NCBI GenBank assembly: GCA_963749495.1
Contig: CAVVMW010000023.1
Coordinates: forward strand, 800,001 to 864,000
Length of the DNA: 64,000 nt
Source of the DNA: an uncultured bacterium
GTDB taxonomy: Bacteria > Verrucomicrobiota > Verrucomicrobiia > Limisphaerales > UBA8199
Direction of reading: 5' to 3'
Under the pieces are notes generated by a model that ran no database searches, was not told the origin of the DNA, and saw only the letters and a program-made list of their open reading frames with translations. The translations under genes and the position numbers were made by a program. How positions within the stretch are numbered: the stretch's first letter is position 1; each line of letters begins with the position of its first letter. Positions 28,822 to 38,602 of this stretch are shown piece by piece.

Positions 28822-28922
28822 CTTGCGCCGCCGAGCCACGATCGCGCTGACGCGGTCCGCTGCACCTGCGCCGCGCAGGGCGGCCTCGAGTACCAGGGCA
28901 GGACGGCCGCGCAGAACGGCGA

Positions 28923-29528
28923 TCACGAGATTTCGGCCAGCGATGGGGAAGGCGCCGGACTCATCTCGCTGGGCAGGAGTCCGTTGTTCAAGAGAAAGAA
29001 CACCTGGGAAGCAACAGAGAAATGGGCGCTTCCTTCTCCGCGGGGATTATCCAGCTCTTGCGCGCTCTCCAGGTCGTCGGCGAGGGACTCAGGCGAGGCC
29101 GCCTCGCTGAAGGGGACGGTCCGCAGGTTGCAATTGCCGTTGCTCTGCCGCAGCAGCGTCAGCTTCTTGACCTCAGACGGTTTGAGCCCTGGAAAGCGGC
29201 TCACAAAAGCCAGCGTGTCGGCAACCAGTTTTTCCCGATCCGGCGCCCGCCTGGGAATGTTGGCATTCACGATCTGCGCGCGCAATTGCGCCCGGGCCTT
29301 GAGGGCGTCCGCTTTTTTCTGCTCCGGCTCATCCATAAGCATCTCCTGGTTTTGCAGCAGTGCCTGGGCCTGCTCCATGGAGGGCGCTTCGACCTTTTCC
29401 AGGCGGGAAAGCAATTGGCCGTAAACCCGGTCGAAGTCCATGCCGGGCTTCAGGCCTGCCCAGACTTTCGGAATCAGATCCACGCGGAGCTGGACGGGAA
29501 CACGACTGCGATGCTGCTGCAACTTCAT
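28923..29528 (-). CDS. Hypothetical protein
   Basis: 201 aa; TATAAT-N6-ATG. Confidence 0.65.
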   Translation of the reverse strand: MKLQQHRSRVPVQLRVDLIPKVWAGLKPGMDFDRVYGQLLSRLEKVEAPSMEQAQALLQNQEMLMDEPEQKKADALKARAQLRAQIVNANIPRRAPDREKLVADTLAFVSRFPGLKPSEVKKLTLLRQSNGNCNLRTVPFSEAASPESLADDLESAQELDNPRGEGSAHFSVASQVFFLLNNGLLPSEMSPAPSPSLAEIS

Positions 29529-29626
29529 ACCGCCATTATAGGTTTGGCGGGGTGTTAAGCTCTGACCGGGCGGGAAAGCCGCAGGAGAACGCAGCCAATC
29601 ACAATTCGGCGAATTAGAATGCGAGT

Positions 29627-30115
29627 GTGAGCGAAAGTGCTGCCAAGGCCATCGACATCCGCCAATTGCGCGAGGAGAAGCCCAAGCTGGGCTGGCTCGC
29701 CGACGTTCGCTTTAGCATCCTGCACAACCACCGGAAACTGGAGGAATTGGAGGCCCCGGTGAGCGCCCACCTGAAGGCCAGCGGGCCGCTCAGGGTGGTG
29801 ACCCGCCAGAACCTGTTCGAGTTCGCCCTGGACGGCGATCAGGTCAGCCTGGTCATCAGGGAAGGACGGAAACTCGACGGTTTGCCTTACCAGGCTGTGC
29901 CGGAAGCCGTGCAACTCTTTTGCAACGAGGCCATCACCCTGCACAAGAACCAGCACCTGTTCTGGCATCTGACGGAGGACGAGGTCCGCCAGGTGGCGGC
30001 TGAATTCCAGGAACTGGCCGGTGCCGGCGGCATCCTGGTGACGAAAGGGCGCCACGCCGTGCTCGTTCAAATCAAGGACGGGAAACTCGACCTGAGCGCC
30101 TGCGATAGCCTCTGA
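29627..30115 (+). CDS. Hypothetical protein
   Basis: 162 aa; TAGAAT-N6-GTG; strong GC3 codon bias. Confidence 0.7.
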   Translation: MSESAAKAIDIRQLREEKPKLGWLADVRFSILHNHRKLEELEAPVSAHLKASGPLRVVTRQNLFEFALDGDQVSLVIREGRKLDGLPYQAVPEAVQLFCNEAITLHKNQHLFWHLTEDEVRQVAAEFQELAGAGGILVTKGRHAVLVQIKDGKLDLSACDSL

Positions 30116-30202
30116 CTCGCTCCATCTGCCGTTTTGCGACGTTCTTTGACTTCCGCGAGGGCGACAGCGGCCAAACGGGACGGGAAGGCAATACAATGGA
30201 GG

Positions 30203-32971
30203 ATGCTGGGTGAAGTTGCACGCCGACTGGCGCGCCAGGTTCCTGAATGCCGCAACTGGGCATACGGGGCCCAGGCAACCTCGCTTCTAGTGCTGGCCAC
30301 GCCGCAGTTGGGCGTCTTGTCCCGCCTGATGCGGCCGGCCGCGTTGTGGCTGCCGGGAGGCGTTGTCATCCCCGAGGCCGCGCTGGGAGTGCTCACGGTT
30401 TCCCTGGGCAGCCTGATCGCTTCCAAGCTGGCGGTCAAAAACAACTGGCCCATCGCCCGGCCCCGCAAACGGGTCAAGAACCTGGAAATCACCCTGGGCG
30501 GCATGACCTTCAATGAACAGGCGCTCTTCACGAACATCATCGCCTTTGGCGCCATCGGCGCGGGCAAAACGGCGGCCGTCATTTATCCGATCCTCAACTC
30601 GATCACCGCCCTTTACAAAAACGAAGACCCCAAGGAACCGGACGCCAAGTGGGGCGGATTTGTCCTCGACGTTAAAGGCGATTTCCACGAGGCCCTGATA
30701 CTTCTAATGCAGAAACACGGCCGCGATCTCCTGGAGGACCTGGTCGTCATCCGCCCGGACAACGACTATTACATCCTGGAATTCGAGGAGGTCACGACGG
30801 GCGAGCATTTCCTGGTGAGTTGCATGGGCGGCACTTCAATGCAGGAATGCGACCTGGTCCTGGAAACGGCGGCGGGGCCTCCGGAGGTCATCACCACGGA
30901 CCCGTCCGGCAACAAGGTGCTGTTGCTGCAGGACGGCAGCGGGCAGGAGATGCTCTCCTCGCACATGTTCAGCGACCGCGGCACGTACCTGCGGCCGGAG
31001 GTTTACGCCCGGCTCAAACAACTCGAATTCGACGTGACCGGGAAGGCCATCCGCTGGCTTGGTTGGCGCGAGGAGAAAAGCGGCACGCTGAGCCGGGTTT
31101 CCCATACCCAGAAGCGCCAGCGCGTTTACGTTCGCGACGCCCGGGGCGGCATCGTCACGACCGAGAAACCCAAACGCCTGCGCTACCTGGGCGTGCATTC
31201 CATCAACAACGGCCTGACATACAACCTCGTGCCGCGCGGCGCCGCCTCCACGGAAGCCGCGGGCCGCATCATGTCGGTGGCCGAGGTCACCGGGAATTCG
31301 TTCGGCAGCGACAACGCCTACTGGGCGCAGGCCTCGGAAAAGCACATTGCCCATTGCATCGAGTTGTTCCGGCAGGTGGAAGGCCCCCAGGGCCGCGAAT
31401 GCAGCGTCAACGACATTCAGCGGTTCACGTCGAATGAAAACGATCTCAAAGAGTACCTGAACAAGCTCGAAGCCGTCATCCGCCGCAAACAGGAGATGGG
31501 GGCCAACGATTACGAAATCCTCCTGTTGCGCAACCTGAAGGACTACTTCCTGGGCGAGTGGGTGCCGCACGATCCCAAGACCAAGGGCAATATCATGTCG
31601 TGCGTGACCAACCTTTTCGGCGACGTGACGCGCAACGCGCAACTGCTGAAGACCTTTTGCCAGCCCTCCCGCTTCAGCTTCGAGGACTGCCTCAACAGCG
31701 GCAAGGTCTACACGCTGGTCTTGAGCGCCTATCCCAACGCGCAAATGCTGATCGGCACGTGCATGAAATTGGATTTCCAGCAGGTGGTCCTGAAGCGAAC
31801 CCAGGCCGCGCCGGTCAACAAGAAGCGGTTTCTTTGCTTCGTGGCCGACGAATACCAGTTCTTCATCACCACCTCCGGCGGCGGGGCCAGGTCGGGCGGA
31901 GACGAGAAGTTCCTGTCCCTCTCCCGCCAGTCGCGGATTCTGAACCTGGTCTGCACCCAGGCCAAGTCCATGCTGCTGGCGGTGCAGCGCGACGAGAACA
32001 AAATCGACGCGTTCATACAGTGCTTCGGGTCGCGGGTTTTTCTCCAGGGGCTGGACGAGAAAACCAATAAGCTGGCGGAAGCCACGATGGGCCAGGTCTG
32101 GTGGGACCGCGAAGATTTCCAGGGGCACGACCTGAGGCTCTCCACCGCCATGGAAGGCAGAGCCCCCTCCATCACCCGGCGAAAAGAGAAGCAACCGCGG
32201 TACGAGGCGTCGTATTTCACACAACTGCGGCCCTTCGACGCCGTGATTTTCAACAAGGAGCAAACAAGCCCCCAGCGCCGCATCGTAAAGACCAACCTTC
32301 GCCAGACCGCCTGCTTCTTCGACAAGAACGAACTCGCCGCGGCCGCCAACGATTATTACCAGGCCTACATCGAGAACCGCGCCTGGCAGTTGGGAATTCC
32401 TCACCTCTTCGACCCGCGCGACAACCTCAAACCGGCCGACCCCAAAGAACAGGAGCATCGCGCCAAGGGGATTCTGCGCTCCTGGCGCAGCAACCTGCCC
32501 ATCGGTCTTCCCGAAGCCGCAGCCGGGGCTGGCAACGAGCCAGGGTCCGATTTCAACGGCGACAGCAACGCGGAAGACCAGACCGGGACCCCGGCCGACA
32601 TCACGGAGGAAGCCGCCAAGCAGATCATGCAGGAACTCGGAGCCCCCAAACCGGAAGACTTGTTCAAATACGTCGAGCAGAACAAATCCTGGCTTTCGGA
32701 TCTGGAAGCCAGCCAGCGGAGCGATCCTTTCTACCGACCCGAAGACGACAAGATCACGGTGCCCGCAACCACGAGCGAAGCGGAGCCGCCGCCTAATGAG
32801 CCGACCAGCGATTTTGACGCCGAGCTGGAGAAGGTGGTGAACGAAATCGAACCGCCCAAAGGAGTGGAGAAAGCCACTCGCGAACGGGCCGTCAACCGGG
32901 TGTTCGCGAACCTCGACAGCGTGCCCGACGACCTCCACAACCCGGATGCAGACCAGCGCACCGGCGCATAG
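30203..32971 (+). CDS. Type IV coupling protein (VirD4/TraD/TraG-like ATPase)
   Basis: N-terminal hydrophobic segments, Walker A FGAIGAGKT, VLDVKGD, NAYW, Walker B FVADEYQ, SRQSR..LVCTQ, acidic tail. Confidence 0.88.
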   Translation: MLGEVARRLARQVPECRNWAYGAQATSLLVLATPQLGVLSRLMRPAALWLPGGVVIPEAALGVLTVSLGSLIASKLAVKNNWPIARPRKRVKNLEITLGGMTFNEQALFTNIIAFGAIGAGKTAAVIYPILNSITALYKNEDPKEPDAKWGGFVLDVKGDFHEALILLMQKHGRDLLEDLVVIRPDNDYYILEFEEVTTGEHFLVSCMGGTSMQECDLVLETAAGPPEVITTDPSGNKVLLLQDGSGQEMLSSHMFSDRGTYLRPEVYARLKQLEFDVTGKAIRWLGWREEKSGTLSRVSHTQKRQRVYVRDARGGIVTTEKPKRLRYLGVHSINNGLTYNLVPRGAASTEAAGRIMSVAEVTGNSFGSDNAYWAQASEKHIAHCIELFRQVEGPQGRECSVNDIQRFTSNENDLKEYLNKLEAVIRRKQEMGANDYEILLLRNLKDYFLGEWVPHDPKTKGNIMSCVTNLFGDVTRNAQLLKTFCQPSRFSFEDCLNSGKVYTLVLSAYPNAQMLIGTCMKLDFQQVVLKRTQAAPVNKKRFLCFVADEYQFFITTSGGGARSGGDEKFLSLSRQSRILNLVCTQAKSMLLAVQRDENKIDAFIQCFGSRVFLQGLDEKTNKLAEATMGQVWWDREDFQGHDLRLSTAMEGRAPSITRRKEKQPRYEASYFTQLRPFDAVIFNKEQTSPQRRIVKTNLRQTACFFDKNELAAAANDYYQAYIENRAWQLGIPHLFDPRDNLKPADPKEQEHRAKGILRSWRSNLPIGLPEAAAGAGNEPGSDFNGDSNAEDQTGTPADITEEAAKQIMQELGAPKPEDLFKYVEQNKSWLSDLEASQRSDPFYRPEDDKITVPATTSEAEPPPNEPTSDFDAELEKVVNEIEPPKGVEKATRERAVNRVFANLDSVPDDLHNPDADQRTGA

Positions 32972-33761
32972 GCGCCTTTACGACATCTCGGAAGTCTCCT
33001 GCCCGGACTCCTGCAACCAGGCCGGGCACGAGAAAGGCTGCCATTTCCGCATGGGACCGGACCGGTTCACCTGCACCAAGTGCCAGCTGCGCATCTGGCG
33101 GAACTTCATGGGGTACGAGTTGACCCCAACGGACCTTCAGGAAATGCTGCACGGGGAGAAGGTGACATCCACCGAGAAAACCCTGACCCGCCACAAGGAC
33201 GGCCAGGAAATCACGATTTGCGGCCGTTTGATGTTCAGCGAGGAGTACCAGGTCCGCATCGCGCCCAAGATCAAAGCCAAGCAGCCCACCGACCAGCCCT
33301 GCCCCAAGTGCCAGACCGGCAAACTCCAACTCATCACCGGCATCGACGATGGGAAATGGTATGGCTGCAGCGCCTATCCGCAATGCCGCTTCACCAAGCC
33401 TTACGTTCCGCACACATTCAAATCCGCGCTGCTCGAAGCAGGCAGCCGCGGTGCCAAATCCGATTCCAAAGACGGTCAGGAGAGCGCCGGCGGCGGACAA
33501 AGCCAGTCCTCGACACTGAAGATGCGGAAAACCGTGCCGCGGCTGCAAACGCCTGCCGGGAATCAATGCAAACAGCCGCGCGAGGCCCTCATCGCGGAGA
33601 ACGAGGCGCCAATTCCAATGGCCGGAATTGCCCCGACGGCAGCCGCGAACCAACCCGCCGCCCCGGACAGATACCGGCATATTCCAAAATTCATTTTGGA
33701 AATGCTCCATTTGACTCAACCGCCCAAGGTGGCGCCGCCTGAAAGCCGGTCCATTACCTAG
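32946..33761 (+). CDS. Stand-alone topoisomerase C-terminal repeat + C4 Zn-ribbon protein
   Basis: CTKCQLRIWRNFMGYELT..DLQEML (TopB C-terminal repeat-like) and CPKC...WYGCSAYPQCRFT; no Toprim or catalytic core. Confidence 0.75.
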   Translation: MQTSAPAHRRLYDISEVSCPDSCNQAGHEKGCHFRMGPDRFTCTKCQLRIWRNFMGYELTPTDLQEMLHGEKVTSTEKTLTRHKDGQEITICGRLMFSEEYQVRIAPKIKAKQPTDQPCPKCQTGKLQLITGIDDGKWYGCSAYPQCRFTKPYVPHTFKSALLEAGSRGAKSDSKDGQESAGGGQSQSSTLKMRKTVPRLQTPAGNQCKQPREALIAENEAPIPMAGIAPTAAANQPAAPDRYRHIPKFILEMLHLTQPPKVAPPESRSIT

Positions 33762-33871
33762 GCGCCACTTGGAATCGCTGGCCCAGACCGGTGTCAAGGG
33801 GCGTCCCTTGCCATCTGGATCGTTGAGATTCAAGAAATGTTGTCGCCCAGCAGGAGGCCAAACCCAATCGT

Positions 33872-34249
33872 ATGCGCAAACCCCCGCATTCAGCCGAAGG
33901 CCCGGAAAGAGGCGGGCAGACCGACTTTCATACTGCCAAAGCATCTGAATTCTTCGCCAGGAACGGCGGCAGAAACCCGCAAGCCATTCGGTTGCGCGCC
34001 GAACCCTCGGGCGACGGCGAGAATTACCAGGAAATCGCCATCCGCGCCTTTCGAGGGCGCGACGCCATTGCCGACCTGGTAGTTGGACCTAATTCCGATG
34101 GAAACCTTCGAGTTGTCTGCACCGCAGACGGCCGGGGGGACGGGGACCGGGCCGTGGCCCTTTTCCCAGGATTGGCGGCAGGCCAAATGGTTCTGCGCGC
34201 GGTTTGCAACCTCGGCCGGGCGTGCGCCAACAAGTCCGAGGCCCCGTGA
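33872..34249 (+). CDS. Hypothetical protein
   Basis: 125 aa ORF convergent with the 800 aa gene. Confidence 0.45.
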   Translation: MRKPPHSAEGPERGGQTDFHTAKASEFFARNGGRNPQAIRLRAEPSGDGENYQEIAIRAFRGRDAIADLVVGPNSDGNLRVVCTADGRGDGDRAVALFPGLAAGQMVLRAVCNLGRACANKSEAP

Positions 34250-34257
34250 AACGGTCT

Positions 34258-36660
34258 TTACGCAAATGACGGGGGGGCGAAGGTGAACGGATCGACTTCC
34301 AGTTTCCCGTGGCCCAGCATGGCATTGTTAAAGGCGTCCGTCAGCAGGTCCCGAGCGACGCGCTTGGGCGAGCGTCCCGACGGGTAGCACCGCGCATCGG
34401 CTTCGATCTCCACGGCGTCCTTTGATTGTTCCGCGCGTTCGGCCAACGCGGCGGCGCGCGCGTTCAGCTGCTGTTCCCGCTGCTCCGGCTCCGGGATCGC
34501 CGCCAGTCGAAAATAATCCGACAGCGCGCCTTCCATCAATTCCTCCACCAGCTCGGAAACAATCTTGGCGCTCTGGGGTCCGCTGTAAACCGAACCTTCC
34601 ACATTCTTGAACTCCAGTGACGAGGGCAGGCTCGTCTTGAAGAATTCCAACGAATCGCGCACCGTGCGCTGCAGCGCTTTCAGGGCTGCCCCGGCCACCG
34701 CCGAAGTCTTGGAATTCACAAGCTCTCCTTTGACTTGCGCTTCCGGACTGAGCGCCTTGACCACGTCTTCAGGCGATTCGGACGCCAGCCGGGCCAACGC
34801 CGTCGGAGTCAGGGACTGGACGCGAACCCGCGAATCCAGCGCCGCCTCCACCTTCGCGTGGTAGTCCGGGACGTTTTGCCTGCCGAATTCATCCAGTTTT
34901 TCGGCCAGGCGCTGGTTGTCCGTTTCGATGGATTCGTGGAGCGCCAGCGCGACGGCCGCCTCCGTTTTGCTCAGGTTATAGGCAGCACCCAGGAAGGAGG
35001 CCTCGCGCCCGTATTCTTCCGGGGAGCGCCCGGTCAGCACGCTGACCTCCCTGAGCAAGGCCTCTGCTTTCTCGTCGGAGACGCTTCGGTAGATGGCACA
35101 GGCGCTGCGCAAGAGCAGCCCGCGCGAACGGGTCACTTCCGGGACCCCGGCGCTCCTGGCTGAAAGGCGAGGCAGGAGGGAACGCGGAGGCGCCAGCGTC
35201 TCCAAGCCGGAGCCTTTGGAGCACACAAAGCCGGAGGCGCACGACATCAAAAGCTGCCGGGCGGCGTCAAATCTGCGGTAGATGCCGGCCGGATCGGACA
35301 AGGGGGTCCGGGTTTTTGTGAAGCGATCGGTCACCTTGTGCTCATTCTCCGCCTGCAGCGCCTCGAAAGCGGAGGCGCAGGGGATCGGCTCGCTGATGCC
35401 CCAGTAAGCTCGCAGCAGGTCACGGGAAACGTAGTTCAACAGGGCCGCCTGAGATGCCTGTTGAATCGTGGTCTCATGATTTGGCAGCTCCACGCCAAAA
35501 CTCCGGGGGTCCGCCACCAGCCGGGACAACTCCCGCCCGAAATCCAGTTCGGTCCCGTCCGACATCTTGAGCGGCGCCCGGGAAGGTGCGACCGCATCAC
35601 GGGCCAGGTAGTTCAGCACTGCCAGGCCATACTGGGGGACCGAGCGGCGCCGCGAGCCTACCGCCTCGCAGAACTCCTCGAGCGGGCGCAACTTTTTGGC
35701 GCTCTCGTCTAGGAGGCTGGCCATGAATTGTTCGAACAGGGTTTTCACCTCGGCTTTTTGCCCGCCCGAGAGCGGGCGGCCGAGCCGCTTTTCCATGTTG
35801 GCGGCGATGCGCAGGGGCAGCTTGCTCCGGGCATAATTGTCCAAAGAAGTCACCGCGTAATCCAGGCGCTGACTTTGCCCCAAGGCGCGATCGAGCCTCT
35901 CACCCACCGCGTTCATCCAGCGGCTCTCCGCCGGCGGACCCACGATGTCGGTCAGCGTTACCTTGCCATAAAGGGCGCTGTTGGGCTGGGCGCCGGCAAA
36001 CGTGCGCTCGGCCGCCGCGACCGCCGACAGGGAGTCCAGCCGCTGCTCGATGGTCAGGAAATCGCCCTCGAACGATGCGTGTCCCAGTTCGCGGGATTCC
36101 TCGGGCGTCCGGCAGAAAGACCGGCTGTACGGCGAAAGAATCCGCACCAAATCCTTTTGATACGCCTTGAGCGGTTTCTCGCCCTCGCGCGGGAGAAGGA
36201 AACCGTGGTTGTCCTGGAAAAAGTTCCGGACATGGTTGAAGACGAAGCCGCCAGCCAGGTCGCGAACACATTGCCGGAACAGCCGGTTAAACCGCGCTGA
36301 GGGACGGAACCCCGTCTTTTCGTTCCCCGCCATGATATAGGTCAGGTCCGGGGAAGCATCCAGGACCTCGATTTCCTGCTCGTCGTTCGAGACGGAAACC
36401 TTCAGGTTGATGCAGTTGCCCTGCAACATGGCGATCTTGTGTTCCCGTGAGCCGAACTCTTCCGGCGAGGTCATGCCCTCCAGCAGGTCCATGGGAACCT
36501 CGACCACGAAGCTGTCAGAATCTCCGATGCGATGGAGATGCCTGAGGAAATCGCGAGCTTCGTTGTCCGAGGGGGAAAGCTCCAAACGGAGCGCGTCCCT
36601 CCCCAGCGCCGTGGCGTTGCGGACGAACAGACCTCCGATCGAATGGACGGCCTTTTTCAT
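34258..36660 (-). CDS. Large helical hypothetical protein (800 aa)
   Basis: Long uninterrupted ORF; no motif recognised. Confidence 0.8.
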   Translation of the reverse strand: MKKAVHSIGGLFVRNATALGRDALRLELSPSDNEARDFLRHLHRIGDSDSFVVEVPMDLLEGMTSPEEFGSREHKIAMLQGNCINLKVSVSNDEQEIEVLDASPDLTYIMAGNEKTGFRPSARFNRLFRQCVRDLAGGFVFNHVRNFFQDNHGFLLPREGEKPLKAYQKDLVRILSPYSRSFCRTPEESRELGHASFEGDFLTIEQRLDSLSAVAAAERTFAGAQPNSALYGKVTLTDIVGPPAESRWMNAVGERLDRALGQSQRLDYAVTSLDNYARSKLPLRIAANMEKRLGRPLSGGQKAEVKTLFEQFMASLLDESAKKLRPLEEFCEAVGSRRRSVPQYGLAVLNYLARDAVAPSRAPLKMSDGTELDFGRELSRLVADPRSFGVELPNHETTIQQASQAALLNYVSRDLLRAYWGISEPIPCASAFEALQAENEHKVTDRFTKTRTPLSDPAGIYRRFDAARQLLMSCASGFVCSKGSGLETLAPPRSLLPRLSARSAGVPEVTRSRGLLLRSACAIYRSVSDEKAEALLREVSVLTGRSPEEYGREASFLGAAYNLSKTEAAVALALHESIETDNQRLAEKLDEFGRQNVPDYHAKVEAALDSRVRVQSLTPTALARLASESPEDVVKALSPEAQVKGELVNSKTSAVAGAALKALQRTVRDSLEFFKTSLPSSLEFKNVEGSVYSGPQSAKIVSELVEELMEGALSDYFRLAAIPEPEQREQQLNARAAALAERAEQSKDAVEIEADARCYPSGRSPKRVARDLLTDAFNNAMLGHGKLEVDPFTFAPPSFA

Positions 36661-36932
36661 GCCTATCCCATTTTACGGCTGGCTCGGTCAAACCGGGCGC
36701 ATTCCCATCGAAGCGCGAAGAAGCCTGGTGCGAGCGGACTAAAATGGAGTAGGATTGAAAAATGCGCCAAACGATGAATTGCGAAATACCGAAATACGGC
36801 TCATGCGCGGGGAATCCCCTTCCAAGGGCGGGAGTTGGATCACATGACCCTCGCCGCGGCACACGGCTTACCCTGGCCGGATGATCGGAGCAAAACGCTT
36901 CGCGAAAAACACTTCTGCGGCAGAAACACGAA

Positions 36933-38486
36933 GTGAACAGCGAACTGCAAAACGCCGAGTTCCGAGACCGTTGGGCGCACATCGCCGAGCCGGGATGGGA
37001 GGTGAACCAGGAGATCTTCAGCCGGACTGGACGCCGCCGGACCAAAGTCCTCAACTGCGCGATCCCCTTGACGCAAGCCAAACGCCTCACGGATGCGACT
37101 TTTCCTGCAGGTTGGAGTGCCGACAAGTGCCTGATCGCCAGTGTCGGCCGCAACGCCAGGCCGGAGCTGGCGAACTGGGACTACACCCCGCAAATCCAAG
37201 CCGTGCCGCAGCTCCCCCATTTCAAGACCCTGCCCCCGGAACACAGCACCTTGGTGCGCTCTCCCTGGTTCCAGAGCCCGCCACAGGCGACCGGGATCGG
37301 CATCAACGCCCGGCATCTGCGTTACCACTATCAACTTTGGAACGAATTGCGGCCCAAAACCCTGCGCGGCGTGCATACCACTCTGGTTCATGTCACCCCG
37401 CAGCTTGGCTACAGTTTGACGCCTCACATCCGGCTCGACCAGGCGTTCAACTATTTTGCGGCCCTCTCGCGCTGGGCCGGGCCAGTGCAGTTGTTCCCGG
37501 CCAGTTACCTTTATCCGGATGCGCAACTGGGCTCCTGGCAACGCGCCCCGGCACCCATTTTTGCCGATCTCCTCCCTTGCGTAGGAGGCAGCAACTTCCC
37601 GCTCATTGATGGGACGCCGGATCCGTGGGGCAAGATTGCCCGATTTGAGGGACCGGATTACTTCTACGGGTATCCCTTCAATGCCGTAACCAACCCGGTG
37701 GAAGATGTCACGGCCCAGCAGAGGGTTTTGGGCAGCACGATCCTTCCCAATGGCCAATTGACCCAGGCGCGTGCTTCTGAGACCTGCGTGTACGCCACCT
37801 TGGACGCGGAATTGAACCGCGCGTTAAAGCTGGACCGCGAGGCCTTCCAGGACGTCTACTGTCTGGCCCGCGGTGTTGTCGCCCACGACGGATTGCCGTT
37901 CCAGCTCCCGGTTGAGATGCAGACGACCGTCTTCGCGCTGGTGCTGACGGCCTGGGAACTGGAGATGGACCGTCCCGGCGATTTGACCGGGTTCACCCTC
38001 AGGACCCAGCATGCGGCGATTCGGGGCTACAACTTTTACCAGCGGATCGAGCCTTATTACTCGAACTTCATGCGGCTGGTGTGCGAGTTGGCCAAAAACC
38101 CGGACTTCGAAGTTTACCCGTTGGCCACGCACCTGACGCATTCGTGGTTGGGGGGAAACCTCTGCCTTTCCAATCAACGGTCGGAGTCGGAGAAAACGCT
38201 GGGGCCGCAGTTCATGCGCAGCTATTACCGGCAGCAACTGGACTGGTTCATGGGAGTGTTCAACCTCTGGAACACTGTCGAATTCCGCAAGGGCGCCGAT
38301 TTGGAAAACCAACTCCAGTTTGGCGGCTTGGCCCTGCACCAGATGCAACCCCATCTGGCATTCGACTCGCATTATTTCCAACGGCCGCTGAAGCGCGCTT
38401 CCTTCTGGCCCGACCTGCATCCGGAGTGGCTGCATCACGACCAGGAATCGCGCGCCGACCAGCTCCCTCAAACCGCGGAGCGATAA
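36933..38486 (+). CDS. Hypothetical protein (517 aa, aromatic/His-rich)
   Basis: Long ORF with globular enzyme-like composition; no motif recognised. Confidence 0.8.
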   Translation: MNSELQNAEFRDRWAHIAEPGWEVNQEIFSRTGRRRTKVLNCAIPLTQAKRLTDATFPAGWSADKCLIASVGRNARPELANWDYTPQIQAVPQLPHFKTLPPEHSTLVRSPWFQSPPQATGIGINARHLRYHYQLWNELRPKTLRGVHTTLVHVTPQLGYSLTPHIRLDQAFNYFAALSRWAGPVQLFPASYLYPDAQLGSWQRAPAPIFADLLPCVGGSNFPLIDGTPDPWGKIARFEGPDYFYGYPFNAVTNPVEDVTAQQRVLGSTILPNGQLTQARASETCVYATLDAELNRALKLDREAFQDVYCLARGVVAHDGLPFQLPVEMQTTVFALVLTAWELEMDRPGDLTGFTLRTQHAAIRGYNFYQRIEPYYSNFMRLVCELAKNPDFEVYPLATHLTHSWLGGNLCLSNQRSESEKTLGPQFMRSYYRQQLDWFMGVFNLWNTVEFRKGADLENQLQFGGLALHQMQPHLAFDSHYFQRPLKRASFWPDLHPEWLHHDQESRADQLPQTAER

Positions 38487-38602
38487 GCCCGACGCCGAGA
38501 TCAGAACTGCTTTCTGCCGAAGGCTGGGCCCGGTGCTGGGAGCGTTTCCGGGGCGCCTTTTTTCGGCGGCAAAGCTTCGCTCAACAATCCTTCGCGAATC
38601 GA

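Noticed and set aside
30758..31219. Intein in the coupling protein (CMGGT... GVHS)
   Set aside because: No terminal His-Asn followed by Cys/Ser/Thr and no recognisable block B or LAGLIDADG motifs; kept only as an insertion.
30836..32938. Long antisense ORFs (700 aa here; also 54953-57466, 24483-26147, 9763-11292, 58942-60510, 50954-52501)
   Set aside because: Shadow ORFs opposite well-supported genes, expected in high-GC DNA; no motifs.
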